From: Firmicutes bacterium UBA5509
GTDB taxonomy: Bacteria; Bacillota; Proteinivoracia; UBA4975
Direction of reading: 5' to 3'
Length of the DNA: 64,000 nt
Assembly: GCA_002423965.1 (NCBI GenBank)
Contig: DIOR01000006.1
Location: 21,165 to 85,164, forward strand
Made by a program: the position numbers and the translations under genes. The notes beneath the pieces were generated by a model. The model did not search any database and was not told the origin of the DNA. It saw only the letters and a list, made by a program, of their open reading frames with translations. Numbering within the stretch: position 1 is the first letter of the stretch; each line of letters starts with the position of its first letter. Below are positions 17,333 through 27,269 of this stretch, in pieces.

Positions 17333-19159
17333 TTATAGGGCACTGAAGTCCCCGTAAGTAAGGTATAGCTGGCGAATTTCCCCCAATAAACTCATGCGGT
17401 TATAACGCAAGGGGCGATCATCGGTATCCAAATCAACATTATTGATAAAGCGCAGCAAAGGAGTTTTTAGTCTAGCCAGGCTTCTTAAAGCTTCAGGCGT
17501 CTTTCTCTCGTGTAAGTAGGTCCTTATCTCGTCCCTGACCACTAAGTAAACTTCAAATAGGTCCAATTCCTCAGGTTCCTCAAGAAACTCCAGGGTAGCT
17601 TCTTCATAATTGTACTCCCTAGAACAAACCCTGTCCATCAACTTACAGATTTCGGCACAGTCCTCCACAAAGTCTTTCATTGCAGGGTCTTCCATTGCCT
17701 TTGCCTTCTCGGTGACAACAAAGACATTATCCTGGCTAAGGTCAGTCAAAACAGCTGCCACTCCCTCGGAAAAGTCCTGCTCCTGCAAATAATAATACAA
17801 ACAGTCACTAAAGATCTTGAGGAGTCTATCCAAGTCCTGAGTGCGCCAAGGAACCAATCCTTGAGATTCATACAGAGAAAGGGAGAATTTTAACAGGTTG
17901 ATAATCGATATATCCAAGGGAACGCTGGCAATTATGGCGATAATCTCATCAAACCATTTCTTTACGCTTCTATACTGTGATAACTTTAGCTCATTTTGAT
18001 AATATTGACCGCAAATGCTGTCCAACCTGTCCGCCACTCCAAGCAGAGCCCCTACCAGGGTGTGGGGAAGCTTGCCGGAGAACTTGCTGGGGTGCCAGTG
18101 CTCAATAATCGCCGAGGCAACCATTTCTGGCGCTCCGGCGGCTCGGGCAATATCGGCTCCCATATGGCCAAGGAACTCGGGGTACGCACGACAAGTGGCG
18201 GTTGTGACGTCCAGCTTGGCAATTTGTGAGGCCTGCCCAGCGATATCGCAAACCTCTTGGCCTGCATCGGTTAGCTTTGCCATTGATAGGACGATCTTCT
18301 GCAGGCGCTGTTCCTTATCATAAAAGCTACCCAGCTTGCTTAAATAGCACAGGGATTGTAGCTGTAGCTGAAGTTGAGAAATAGTATGGTGCAAATCCTC
18401 AAAATAATCTTCTCGAGCCTGATCTAAAGCAGCATTTAGTTCTTCCCGGGGCTGGCAGCCTTCATTGCATACAAAGACTGCCTTGGGCAGCAATTGATCC
18501 CCTTTGTGTAGGGCAAAGAATTGCATTTTTTCCATAACAATAAGGGTCAAAACCTTGGGAATATCCCGGTGCTTCAAAGAGATATCTACAATCCCGCTAA
18601 CAGGTTGCTCACAATTTAGCACCACTTCGTTGATAATGGGCGAAGTGATTATTTCGCCGCCTGCATTGGAAGCTGCTTCGTGGAGCAGTTGCCTTATGTG
18701 CTTTTCCCTTTGGTCATTATCCAGGAAAACCTTGTTTCTTGTCATCTCTCGCCAGTAATGCTGGGTACTCCGGACGGGAATCTCAATCTTTCCAGCCATG
18801 GTTATGTCACCGGCAACTAAGTCTCCCACCGTCATTGGCAAGAGCTCGTCATCAAGGATGGTTAAGAGACCTTCTGCTTTTCCCCAGGTGGCGGGAATCC
18901 CTAAAGAAAAGCGCTGGCACAAAGCCAATACCGCCCTGGACAAGATTGCCTTATTTGGGGCACGATGTATATCAGAACCTACTTGTAGCCATAAGACAAT
19001 GCGAAACTTGCTAAAAAAAACCTCCAGCCTGTTATATTTTATGTCCCGGCTTGCGAGCTCTTCTTTAAAGGTAGCGCGCACAAAATCATAGGCCCGAAGG
19101 ATTTGTCTGTATTCAAGGCCAGTAAAGCGAATCTCAAGTAAAAGATTAGCTTGCTTCAC
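17333..19159 (-). CDS. Highly diverged glycyl-tRNA synthetase beta-subunit homologue (no alpha subunit adjacent)
   Basis: LLLEI N-terminus; LGSFYDKEQRL; YPEFLGHMG; AIIEHWHP; ADRLDSICG; DALR-like end NRMSLL...GDFSAL. Confidence 0.8.
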   Translation of the reverse strand: MKQANLLLEIRFTGLEYRQILRAYDFVRATFKEELASRDIKYNRLEVFFSKFRIVLWLQVGSDIHRAPNKAILSRAVLALCQRFSLGIPATWGKAEGLLTILDDELLPMTVGDLVAGDITMAGKIEIPVRSTQHYWREMTRNKVFLDNDQREKHIRQLLHEAASNAGGEIITSPIINEVVLNCEQPVSGIVDISLKHRDIPKVLTLIVMEKMQFFALHKGDQLLPKAVFVCNEGCQPREELNAALDQAREDYFEDLHHTISQLQLQLQSLCYLSKLGSFYDKEQRLQKIVLSMAKLTDAGQEVCDIAGQASQIAKLDVTTATCRAYPEFLGHMGADIARAAGAPEMVASAIIEHWHPSKFSGKLPHTLVGALLGVADRLDSICGQYYQNELKLSQYRSVKKWFDEIIAIIASVPLDISIINLLKFSLSLYESQGLVPWRTQDLDRLLKIFSDCLYYYLQEQDFSEGVAAVLTDLSQDNVFVVTEKAKAMEDPAMKDFVEDCAEICKLMDRVCSREYNYEEATLEFLEEPEELDLFEVYLVVRDEIRTYLHERKTPEALRSLARLKTPLLRFINNVDLDTDDRPLRYNRMSLLGEIRQLYLTYGDFSAL

Positions 19160-19194
19160 CTAAGTTCATATCCCCCTCCTAGGCACACGTTACC

Positions 19195-19926
19195 CTATCC
19201 TTCAAATAATGGACGGAAAGCCTGTGCTTTAGTCTTTCCTTCCGTCAGCCAATTTATTAGACTATCGATAATTTTCGTGGCGGTCTTTCCCTGGGAACGA
19301 AAGTGCCCTCTTAGCTCGATAAAGTCCTTTTCTCCTAGTATATCAAGCAGAGATAAGTCCTCTTGACGTAAAAATTTCTTATCATCAGGCCCCTTGCACA
19401 CAGAACAAACCGCCCCTCCCGCAGGCCAGTAAAGCCAACCGGACTGAAGGGGGCGGCCACACTGAGCACAAAACGAGAAGCCCATTTCATAACCCAGGCA
19501 AGCTGCAAATTTCAGGCGAAAAGAATCAAAGACTATTGGGTCATAATCATTTGTCTTGAGATGAAGCATATATGACAGCACTAACTTAAAGGCGTCTTGC
19601 TCCCTAGCCTCCTCGGCAATTAAAAGGCGGCACAATTCCATAACGGCAAAAGCGGCGCCACTTTTCGACCAGTCTAGGCGCAAAGGAGAAAAACTGTCGA
19701 TGATATCTGCCTGCCGTAAAATAGGCAGGCCCCTTCCCCGGTAGATTACATATTCACCTAAAATAAAAAGCTGGACAGCAGCAGCTGACTTGCTCTTGAC
19801 TTTTCTGCTACCTTTAGCGACAAACTTAATTAAATTACCGGAACTGGTAAAGCAGGTGACAAGCTGATCAGCTTCACCTAATGGGAACCCGTAGACAATA
19901 AAGCCGGAATTCTTATCTAGTCGCAT
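19195..19926 (-). CDS. recO: DNA repair protein RecO
   Basis: GEADQLV, AKGSRKVKSK, Zn finger CAQC...CSVC; follows era. Confidence 0.93.
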   Translation of the reverse strand: MRLDKNSGFIVYGFPLGEADQLVTCFTSSGNLIKFVAKGSRKVKSKSAAAVQLFILGEYVIYRGRGLPILRQADIIDSFSPLRLDWSKSGAAFAVMELCRLLIAEEAREQDAFKLVLSYMLHLKTNDYDPIVFDSFRLKFAACLGYEMGFSFCAQCGRPLQSGWLYWPAGGAVCSVCKGPDDKKFLRQEDLSLLDILGEKDFIELRGHFRSQGKTATKIIDSLINWLTEGKTKAQAFRPLFEG

Positions 19927-20786
19927 CATTTATACCCTAGCCACTTGAGCTGGTTGGGATCTTTGCGCCAGTTCTTTTTTACTTTGACCCAAAGCTTAAG
20001 GTGCACTTTTTTATCCATAAGGCTTTGAATCTGCAGACGAGCTCCAGTGCCTATGGTTTTTAACATTGTCCCGCCCCGACCAATTACGATTCCTTTGTGG
20101 GATTCGCGTTCAACAATGATATTGGCCTGAATTGTAGCCTGGTCATCGGATTCGGAAAAGTCGACTATTTCCACAGCGATACCATGGGGCACCTCATCTT
20201 CCAGCTGCAGCAAGGCTTGTTCCCGAATAAGCTCTGAGGCAAGTAAGCGGTAGTCACAATCCATGAGCTGCTCAGCTGGATAAAGCTGTTCTCCTGGGGG
20301 CAAGTACTCCAATATCCCTTGGGTGACTTTAGCCAGGTGAGTGCGGTTAGTTGCAGAAATTGCAACAACTTTGGCAAATCTGCCTTGAGCAATAAACCGT
20401 TCCCTAATCTCATCAACTTGATTGGGAAAGAGGAGATCTATTTTATTGAGAACAAGGATTACAGGCTTTCCCTGGATGAATTCCTTGGGCAATTCATCAT
20501 TGGGGTTGGTGGCATCCAGGATGTAAAGGACAACATCACAGTTAGCTACCGAGTATTGGATTTCTCGGAGCATAAATTCTCCTAATTTGTTCTGAGGTTG
20601 ATGTAACCCAGGAGTATCGACAAATATGATTTGGTACATATCAGTGGTAAGTATACACCGGAATTGCTGACGTGTCGTCTGTCTTTTCTCCGAGGTAATG
20701 AGCAGACGATCACCCATAAGAGCGTTAATTAAGGTTGATTTTCCAGCGTTAGGCAGACCAATAACAGCTACAAACCCACTCTTGAT
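19926..20786 (-). CDS. era: GTPase Era
   Basis: KSGFVAVIGLPNAGKS, DTPG, NKID, KH-domain GIVIGRGG; start uncertain (ATC at 20786 proposed). Confidence 0.95.
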   Translation of the reverse strand: MKSGFVAVIGLPNAGKSTLINALMGDRLLITSEKRQTTRQQFRCILTTDMYQIIFVDTPGLHQPQNKLGEFMLREIQYSVANCDVVLYILDATNPNDELPKEFIQGKPVILVLNKIDLLFPNQVDEIRERFIAQGRFAKVVAISATNRTHLAKVTQGILEYLPPGEQLYPAEQLMDCDYRLLASELIREQALLQLEDEVPHGIAVEIVDFSESDDQATIQANIIVERESHKGIVIGRGGTMLKTIGTGARLQIQSLMDKKVHLKLWVKVKKNWRKDPNQLKWLGYK

Positions 20787-20799
20787 ACAATATCCCTCC

Positions 20800-21201
20800 C
20801 TACATGTCTTCCCCGGAAAAAGCCCCGGGCAGGAGCTGATCCATGGTGGCGATAGAGCCTTTGCCATCTTCATTTATTAAAAGTATTTCTGTATTTCCGC
20901 TAAAAAACTCCCGGAGAACCTGACGACAGGCACCGCAAGGTGAAGCCTCTTTTTGTCCGTAAACTGCAATGGCCATCCCGGAAAAATCTCTTTCCCCTTC
21001 TGATATTGCCTTAAAGATGGCAGTGCGCTCAGCGCAATTGGAAAGGCCATAGGAGGCGTTTTCAACATTGCATCCCTGGATTATTTTGCCCCCCTTAGTC
21101 AAGAGAGCTGCCCCCACCCTGTACTTTGAATAGGGCACATAGGCGTTGTCCCGAGCTTCTAAGGCCGCTTTGATTAGGCGTTCTTTAATACTAGTTTCCA
21201 T
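20800..21201 (-). CDS. cdd: Cytidine deaminase
   Basis: AYVPYSKYRVGAA, NVENASY, CAER, PCGACRQ. Confidence 0.97.
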   Translation of the reverse strand: METSIKERLIKAALEARDNAYVPYSKYRVGAALLTKGGKIIQGCNVENASYGLSNCAERTAIFKAISEGERDFSGMAIAVYGQKEASPCGACRQVLREFFSGNTEILLINEDGKGSIATMDQLLPGAFSGEDM

Positions 21202-21214
21202 ATTAGTTCACTCC

Positions 21215-22249
21215 TTACTGAAAGGCTTTTGCCGGAAGATCCATGCTATCGTAGTTTTTAATGTCAAAGCTCAGCATGCCTCGAAAGGACACCGAAAAGA
21301 GCAAATCTACGCCGGCTCTAAGGGTGGTAGTATCTCCCAATGCTTCAATAACAACAGGATTGCTGCGTATTGGCACCCCATCTACAATAATACCTTCTTC
21401 AGTATCAATGATATAACTGTTGACTGCTAGCCTTTGCCCATGGATGGCGATTGCCTTGGCACCAGAAGAAAATAATTCTCCTACAATGCGGCGCAAATCT
21501 CCAGCAGATACCTCAAACTGGTCGTAAATAGAGATTAGTATGCCTGGACCGGATATTTCGGCATAACCAGCGGTTTGGTTGATAATGGCATATTCCTCCC
21601 GGAGATTCTCGATTTCTGCTTCTAGATACTTTTTGGTGTCCGCTTCCTGATTAGCGGGAATTAACTGAGCAACACCGTTTTCAAGGAGAATTTTTAGGGT
21701 AGTTAGGTGGCGATAGGGTTCATAGAATCCTCGCTGGGATTCCTTGCTAAACAAGTTCTCGATTTTCAGAAGCTGGTCTAAGGTATCCTCCCCCAGACTA
21801 TGAGGAGATTTTACTTGATATCCTCCGGTGGGGAGAGGTTCTAGAATGAGAGTAACCGAAGTGCTGGAATACTGAACATCAGGCGAGGCATTTAAAACTG
21901 CCAGCACTTTTTCAGCAGTGAGGTTTGTATATTCGGAAATAATCAAATTCCGGGTCATCCCAGCGCTGTTTTGCATAATATCTGCCAGTTCTTTTTGATT
22001 GTTAACAAGGTACACATCATAATGGAGTTTGGCTAGAGATTGCTTGACACTATTCTTCTCTGCAACATTCAATGCTCCAGCAAGTCCCTGCAGATTACTA
22101 ATCAGGTCGTTGGCAAAAACCTTAGCATCAGTTAATTCAGTTCCTCCCACAAACTCTCCGAGATTAATTTGGGAGGCCAAGATAAGGAGATTAAGGGCTA
22201 TGGCGACTAGAGCCAATATCCTAAGGGTCTTTGTGTTGAGCTTATCCAT
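21215..22249 (-). CDS. DUF881-domain protein with long N-terminal extension
   Basis: AGYAEISGPGILISI, DLRRIVGELFSSGAKAIAIHGQRL; N-terminal TM. Confidence 0.8.
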   Translation of the reverse strand: MDKLNTKTLRILALVAIALNLLILASQINLGEFVGGTELTDAKVFANDLISNLQGLAGALNVAEKNSVKQSLAKLHYDVYLVNNQKELADIMQNSAGMTRNLIISEYTNLTAEKVLAVLNASPDVQYSSTSVTLILEPLPTGGYQVKSPHSLGEDTLDQLLKIENLFSKESQRGFYEPYRHLTTLKILLENGVAQLIPANQEADTKKYLEAEIENLREEYAIINQTAGYAEISGPGILISIYDQFEVSAGDLRRIVGELFSSGAKAIAIHGQRLAVNSYIIDTEEGIIVDGVPIRSNPVVIEALGDTTTLRAGVDLLFSVSFRGMLSFDIKNYDSMDLPAKAFQ

Positions 22250-22261
22250 TGTCTCCCCCTC

Positions 22262-23308
22262 CTAACGCACGGACTGGCCAGGAAGCCGTATTTCTGACTC
22301 TGGGCTGACTTCTATCCGTAAATTTCTAGCTTCCCTATAGTACTGAAAAAGGGTCTGGAGACTTTTTTCCATAGTCTCGGCGTCGCCCACTGCCTTAATA
22401 ATTAAAGGTTTCACCGGGATGGGGTCGTAGTTTACTAAAATGGGTCCACCCACACAGCGGATGGAAGAATCCACCACCAGACGCCTGCCCCCTACCGAAA
22501 TCCCAGTAGCACCACTGGCAAACAGGCAATGGACAACTTCCTGCACATCTACATCATGAATAATATTGTTTTCACTAAGGAGCAATTCATCTTCTGCATC
22601 CAGGAGAGAAATTACCAGCCCTGGCCCTGTTAGCTCAGAATAACCAGTGAGAGCTCTGAGGTTGTTGTATTCTTGTTCGAGAAACTTATATTGGTTTTGC
22701 AGATGCTGGACAGGATACAGCTCACTTAATGGTTCAATGGCATTTACGGTAACGAGACCTTCCTGGACTTCCACGGCAATAATGATGCTCTGCATGCCAA
22801 CCCTTTTTGACGCGAAATGGGAGCGAATCTTCTCAGGAGTCTCTGGTGCGAAAAAATCTCCGCCTTCCAAGGAAATGGCGTTATCAGCAAGAAAATGAAT
22901 GACGATTTCAGTAGAATTTTCCAGCTTATCTAGGTTGGGATCCTGAGCGATAACCCATTCCAGCCAATTGGTCATATAATAATTAGCTTCCTCGCGAATG
23001 GTATCTTCAAAAACACCCATTTCTGAGAGGATGAGATTAGAAATTTGATCAGTTGTAGAAGCAGTGGAAATGCCGTTATGCAGATTTTCATAGGCAAAAT
23101 TAACCCTGGTATTGTTTGAGGGAACGTCCAATTGATTAGCCAAGTCCTTGTTGAGCTCTAATAAGGTCATGGCATAATTTTTGGCATCCTTAAGTTCTCC
23201 CATTCTGAAGGAGATAATCCCTAAGGAATTGATTAAGAGTAGGGCACTGAGAACGAGAGAAATTCCTAGCAAAATATAGATATCAGATTTTTTCCTTGGC
23301 TCTGCCAT
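22262..23308 (-). CDS. DUF881-domain protein with long N-terminal extension
   Basis: TGYSELTGPGLVISLLD, IIHDVDVQEVVHCLFASGA, IRCVGGPILVN. Confidence 0.85.
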   Translation of the reverse strand: MAEPRKKSDIYILLGISLVLSALLLINSLGIISFRMGELKDAKNYAMTLLELNKDLANQLDVPSNNTRVNFAYENLHNGISTASTTDQISNLILSEMGVFEDTIREEANYYMTNWLEWVIAQDPNLDKLENSTEIVIHFLADNAISLEGGDFFAPETPEKIRSHFASKRVGMQSIIIAVEVQEGLVTVNAIEPLSELYPVQHLQNQYKFLEQEYNNLRALTGYSELTGPGLVISLLDAEDELLLSENNIIHDVDVQEVVHCLFASGATGISVGGRRLVVDSSIRCVGGPILVNYDPIPVKPLIIKAVGDAETMEKSLQTLFQYYREARNLRIEVSPESEIRLPGQSVR

Positions 23309-23312
23309 AGTC

Positions 23313-23681
23313 TTACCTCCCGACTAATTCCAATAACTTGGGAAACAGAACAATAACGCCGACTATAACAGCATACAACGCTGCTAATAGAACTGCTGCT
23401 GCTGCACAATTTTTTGCAACCTTTGCCAAGGGGTGGTACTGTTCAGTATATAAATCAATGGTTTTTTCAATTGCAGTATTAATTAATTCGCTACAAAGGA
23501 CCAGAAAGGCGGCGGAGAGCAAAAACATAATATTGTAGGGTTCGAAATCCAGTGCTATTATAACGATTACCAGGACGATAGTAGCAAGGCAGTGAACTCT
23601 GAAATTGCGCTGAGTTTTAAAGCTGTAAGCAAAACCCTGAAACGCAAAGCAAAAGCTCTCCCAAAGGGTTTTGGCACGCAC
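23313..23681 (-). CDS. dgkA: Undecaprenol/diacylglycerol kinase
   Basis: SFCFAFQG..KTQRNFRVH, ELINTAIE, AKNCAAAAVL. Confidence 0.93.
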   Translation of the reverse strand: MRAKTLWESFCFAFQGFAYSFKTQRNFRVHCLATIVLVIVIIALDFEPYNIMFLLSAAFLVLCSELINTAIEKTIDLYTEQYHPLAKVAKNCAAAAVLLAALYAVIVGVIVLFPKLLELVGR

Positions 23682-23682
23682 G

Positions 23683-24117
23683 TCAAACCCTCCTCAAGTT
23701 AATTCTTTCTAATATTTTCTCTTCCAGGGCACGCATCTCTGGATTGGGTTCATCATCGTGGTCATATCCCAGTAGGTGCAAAATTCCATGGACCAACAAA
23801 AAGCAAAACTCTCGGTGTACGGTGTTGCCATATTCAATGGCTTGACTCTTGACCCGGGTCCAACAGATATAGATCTCTCCGGTAATTTCATCTTCATCCC
23901 CTAAGGGGAAGCTTAAGACATCTGTGACAGCGTCATTATTACGGAAATCCCTATTTAAACTGCGCACTAAATCTTCTGAGGCGACAATTATATTATACCA
24001 TTCTTCAGCGACAGATGAGCCAAAAAGAGAGCGTACCGCTTCGGCAACCTCATTTACAAGGGAACCAAGGTCACCGACATTGTCAAACTCCTCTTCGAAA
24101 TACAATTGGAGCTGCAT
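23683..24117 (-). CDS. ybeY: rRNA maturation endoribonuclease YbeY
   Basis: TDVLSFP, HGILHLLGYDH. Confidence 0.97.
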   Translation of the reverse strand: MQLQLYFEEEFDNVGDLGSLVNEVAEAVRSLFGSSVAEEWYNIIVASEDLVRSLNRDFRNNDAVTDVLSFPLGDEDEITGEIYICWTRVKSQAIEYGNTVHREFCFLLVHGILHLLGYDHDDEPNPEMRALEEKILERINLRRV

Positions 24118-24130
24118 ATTGATCCTCCTT

Positions 24131-26299
24131 TTACTGGCTCATCTTAGCTAAGTCTTTTTCAGTTGGGTAGGCAATGCGTTTATGGTAAATGCCCGCGAAG
24201 ACTTTTACGAAGGCTTGGGAAATCTGATTCAGATCCTTAAGGGTTAGATCGCATTGGTCAAGTTGACCATCAGTTAATTTATCCCGGACAATCTTATCTA
24301 CCATGCCTTGAATCCGAAACTGGTTGGGCTGGGAAAGAGATCTAACTGCAGCTTCAACGGAGTCAGCCAGCATAATAATGCCGGCTTCTTTGAACTGCGG
24401 ACTGGGACCTTCATAGCGGAACTTGTCCTCTAAAAGCTGGTCCTTATTGCCCCTTTCCGCCATAGCCCGATGATAAAAGAAACCGATGAGAGTTGTGCCG
24501 TGATGTTGCTCAATAATATCTTTTATTACTGGAGGCAGCTTATATTGCTGGGCCAATTCCACTCCGCCACGGACATGAGCAGTGAGAATCATGCTGCTAA
24601 GGCTGGGGGGGATTTTATCATGGGGGTTGTTGCCCTGAAACTGGTTTTCAATGAAAAAATAAGGCCGCGTTAATTTGCCAAGGTCATGATAGTAGGAGCC
24701 TACCCTGCACAAGACAGGATCTGCACCAACAGCTTCGGCTGCAGCTTCCGCCAAGTTTCCAACCATTAAACTGTGGTTGTATGTCCCTGGTGCCTCCAAT
24801 AAAAGGCGCTTCAGGGGCCTTTGGTTGGGATTGGCCAACTCCAGCAATCTAATGGAAGTGGTGATTCCAAAGGCCGATTCGATAAAAGGCAGTAGGCCGA
24901 TGGCAAAAATCGAGGAGATGATGCCGCTGGCAACACCCATAGCTAAATCCACCAGAGTTCTCAGGACAGAAGTCTCCGTCAACGCCAAGCCGTTACTAAG
25001 AAGGGTTAGGCCAATTATGCCAATGGCGTTGGCCGCTGCCACTAGTAACCCTGCCCTAGTCAGGTCCGACCTTTGATTGACTTTGGTTACACTATACGCC
25101 CCGGCGATGCTTCCGATTAATGACATTACCAGCACATTGATCTCGCTACCAGCTGTAATAGCAATGACCAAAGCTAAGGAAGAGCCAAAAATAAGGGAAA
25201 GGTTGACATCGAAGATTATTGTCAAAAGCAAAGTAGCCATCCCAGCAGGTATTAGGTATGGGGAACCTACTTCAAAGAGAATCCCCCCAAATATCTTCGC
25301 TGCCCATAGTGTAAGGATAACTATTAACCCAATAATCCAAATCCGAGAGGGAACAGCCAGAATCTCTGGGCGGTAGCGGTACAAGTAGTAGCCCCAGGCC
25401 GAGAAAACACAGAGAATCAAGACTGTCAGGCCCAGGTAGTATCCGTAGGCAAAACTGGTTTCTAACATTCCAAGGGCCTTTAGCTGGGAAAGGTGTGCGG
25501 CAGTGACCGCTTCACCTTTATCGATGATTTTAGCCCCCTTGAGGATGATAATGTCCTCAACTTGGTCCCGGGCGCGCCGGCGCTGAGTTGCGGTTTCTTC
25601 AGGGGAGTAAATGCGGTTATTCCGGTAATATTCGTCAAGGCTTGCAATAACTAGATCCCGCAATTGAGGAGATATTTGCGCCTGCAATAAGTCTGTTTTT
25701 ATGTTTTGCAGGCTAAGTTCCACTTCATCAGGTTTGATTCCCTGCTGTAATTTTGCACTAATTAAGCTTGAGGTGAGATCGAGAGTTTGCTGAACATCTT
25801 CTTTTGGGATTGCCAGTAAAGCTAAAGCTTTTTCCTCATCCCCTACCTCTGGAAAGTCGGCTAACAATTGGGCTGCCTTCTCCGGCAGAGAGTTCCCTTC
25901 AGTCTCCTCCCCTTGGGTTTCACCTGGATTTTCCTCTCCAGGTGCTGGTTCAACAGGCGCAACGGGCTCCTCGGCTTCCAGCAAGTACACCAGCAAAGCG
26001 GTCACCCGGTTGATAATTTTCCCTTCCACTGTAGCATCATACAGGTAGACATCCTCCACCTGTTCTGCTGCTTCCGAGCGGGCAAGGCCCGTCGCCTCCT
26101 GATCAATAACTGACCGGGAAGCATAGATGGTATCAGGTGAAATTTCACCTGCTTCTAACTCATACTGGGCGGGCATAATACCAATGGCCACAGTTGCCAA
26201 AAGAGCAAGAAACAAGACAATGCCTTGGAAGATCAAATATTCCCGTTGGTGCCGAAAGCTCTCAAGTTTTTTCAGCAAATCCTTGAGCCAGTTCTTCAA
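24131..26299 (-). CDS. pgpH: 7TM-HD cyclic-di-AMP phosphodiesterase (PgpH/YqfF)
   Basis: Extracellular domain, multiple TMs, EAPGTYNHS, YYHDLGK, QHHGT, LADSVEAA. Confidence 0.93.
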   Translation of the reverse strand: MKNWLKDLLKKLESFRHQREYLIFQGIVLFLALLATVAIGIMPAQYELEAGEISPDTIYASRSVIDQEATGLARSEAAEQVEDVYLYDATVEGKIINRVTALLVYLLEAEEPVAPVEPAPGEENPGETQGEETEGNSLPEKAAQLLADFPEVGDEEKALALLAIPKEDVQQTLDLTSSLISAKLQQGIKPDEVELSLQNIKTDLLQAQISPQLRDLVIASLDEYYRNNRIYSPEETATQRRRARDQVEDIIILKGAKIIDKGEAVTAAHLSQLKALGMLETSFAYGYYLGLTVLILCVFSAWGYYLYRYRPEILAVPSRIWIIGLIVILTLWAAKIFGGILFEVGSPYLIPAGMATLLLTIIFDVNLSLIFGSSLALVIAITAGSEINVLVMSLIGSIAGAYSVTKVNQRSDLTRAGLLVAAANAIGIIGLTLLSNGLALTETSVLRTLVDLAMGVASGIISSIFAIGLLPFIESAFGITTSIRLLELANPNQRPLKRLLLEAPGTYNHSLMVGNLAEAAAEAVGADPVLCRVGSYYHDLGKLTRPYFFIENQFQGNNPHDKIPPSLSSMILTAHVRGGVELAQQYKLPPVIKDIIEQHHGTTLIGFFYHRAMAERGNKDQLLEDKFRYEGPSPQFKEAGIIMLADSVEAAVRSLSQPNQFRIQGMVDKIVRDKLTDGQLDQCDLTLKDLNQISQAFVKVFAGIYHKRIAYPTEKDLAKMSQ

Positions 26300-26308
26300 A
26301 TCCCCACC

Positions 26309-27265
26309 TCACTTTCTCTTGGGGGCATATCTGGCATAGGCCTGTACAATTTCTGCTACCAACCTATGCCTAACTATATCAGCTTCATCAAGGTATATTA
26401 CTTCGATACCTTCGATTCCCTTTAGGATACCAATGACCTGACGGAGCCCCGATACCGTATCCCGGGGTAAGTCAATTTGCGTAATGTCCCCGGTGACAAT
26501 AGCTTTGGAGCCAAAGCCAAACCGAGTAAGAAACATTTTCATTTGCTCAGGGGTAGTATTTTGGGCTTCATCCAGGATAATAAAGGCATCGTTTAAGGTC
26601 CTGCCTCGCATATAGGCCAGAGGGGCCACCTCGATGACACCCTTTTCCATATACTTTTGGTATACTTCTAGACCTAAAAACTCTAATAAGGCATCATATA
26701 GAGGGCGCAGATAGGGGTCGACTTTATCCTGAAGGTCTCCTGGCAAAAAACCTAAGCGTTCCCCGGCCTCAATGGCAGGCCTAGTGAGGATGATTTTTGC
26801 AACCTGCTTTTCTTTTAGGGCCCGGACTGCCCTGGCAACTGCCAAGTAGGTCTTGCCTGTGCCAGCGGGACCGATGCTAAATACTAGGTCATTTTTCTTA
26901 ATCGCTTGGATGTAGCGATGCTGGCCGGCGGTCTTTGCAATAATTTTTTTCCCCCGTGGAGTGATGAGGATTTCATCTTTGTAAAAACTCCGGTAGTCGG
27001 TTTTTTGAATCTTGTAATTTTCCACCATATGCTTAACTTCTTCATAGCCGGGAGAATGACCTGCACGGGTTATATCCAATATTTGATTGATTAAGTCTTC
27101 CGCTTGCTCCTTGTTGGGGGAAGAGCCAATTACTAGCAAGCCCTCGTCCTTGAGCACTAAGTTGACTGCAAAATGCTTAGAAAAAAGGTCCAGGTTTTTA
27201 TCCTGCATACCAAGAAGTTTTAGGGCTTCTCCATTACTGAGTTTAATATGAACCGCTGTTGTCAA
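26309..27265 (-). CDS. phoH: PhoH family protein
   Basis: GPAGTGKTYLA, RPAIEAGERLGFLPGD, DEAQN; TTG start after RBS. Confidence 0.96.
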   Translation of the reverse strand: MTTAVHIKLSNGEALKLLGMQDKNLDLFSKHFAVNLVLKDEGLLVIGSSPNKEQAEDLINQILDITRAGHSPGYEEVKHMVENYKIQKTDYRSFYKDEILITPRGKKIIAKTAGQHRYIQAIKKNDLVFSIGPAGTGKTYLAVARAVRALKEKQVAKIILTRPAIEAGERLGFLPGDLQDKVDPYLRPLYDALLEFLGLEVYQKYMEKGVIEVAPLAYMRGRTLNDAFIILDEAQNTTPEQMKMFLTRFGFGSKAIVTGDITQIDLPRDTVSGLRQVIGILKGIEGIEVIYLDEADIVRHRLVAEIVQAYARYAPKRK

Positions 27266-27269
27266 TAGA

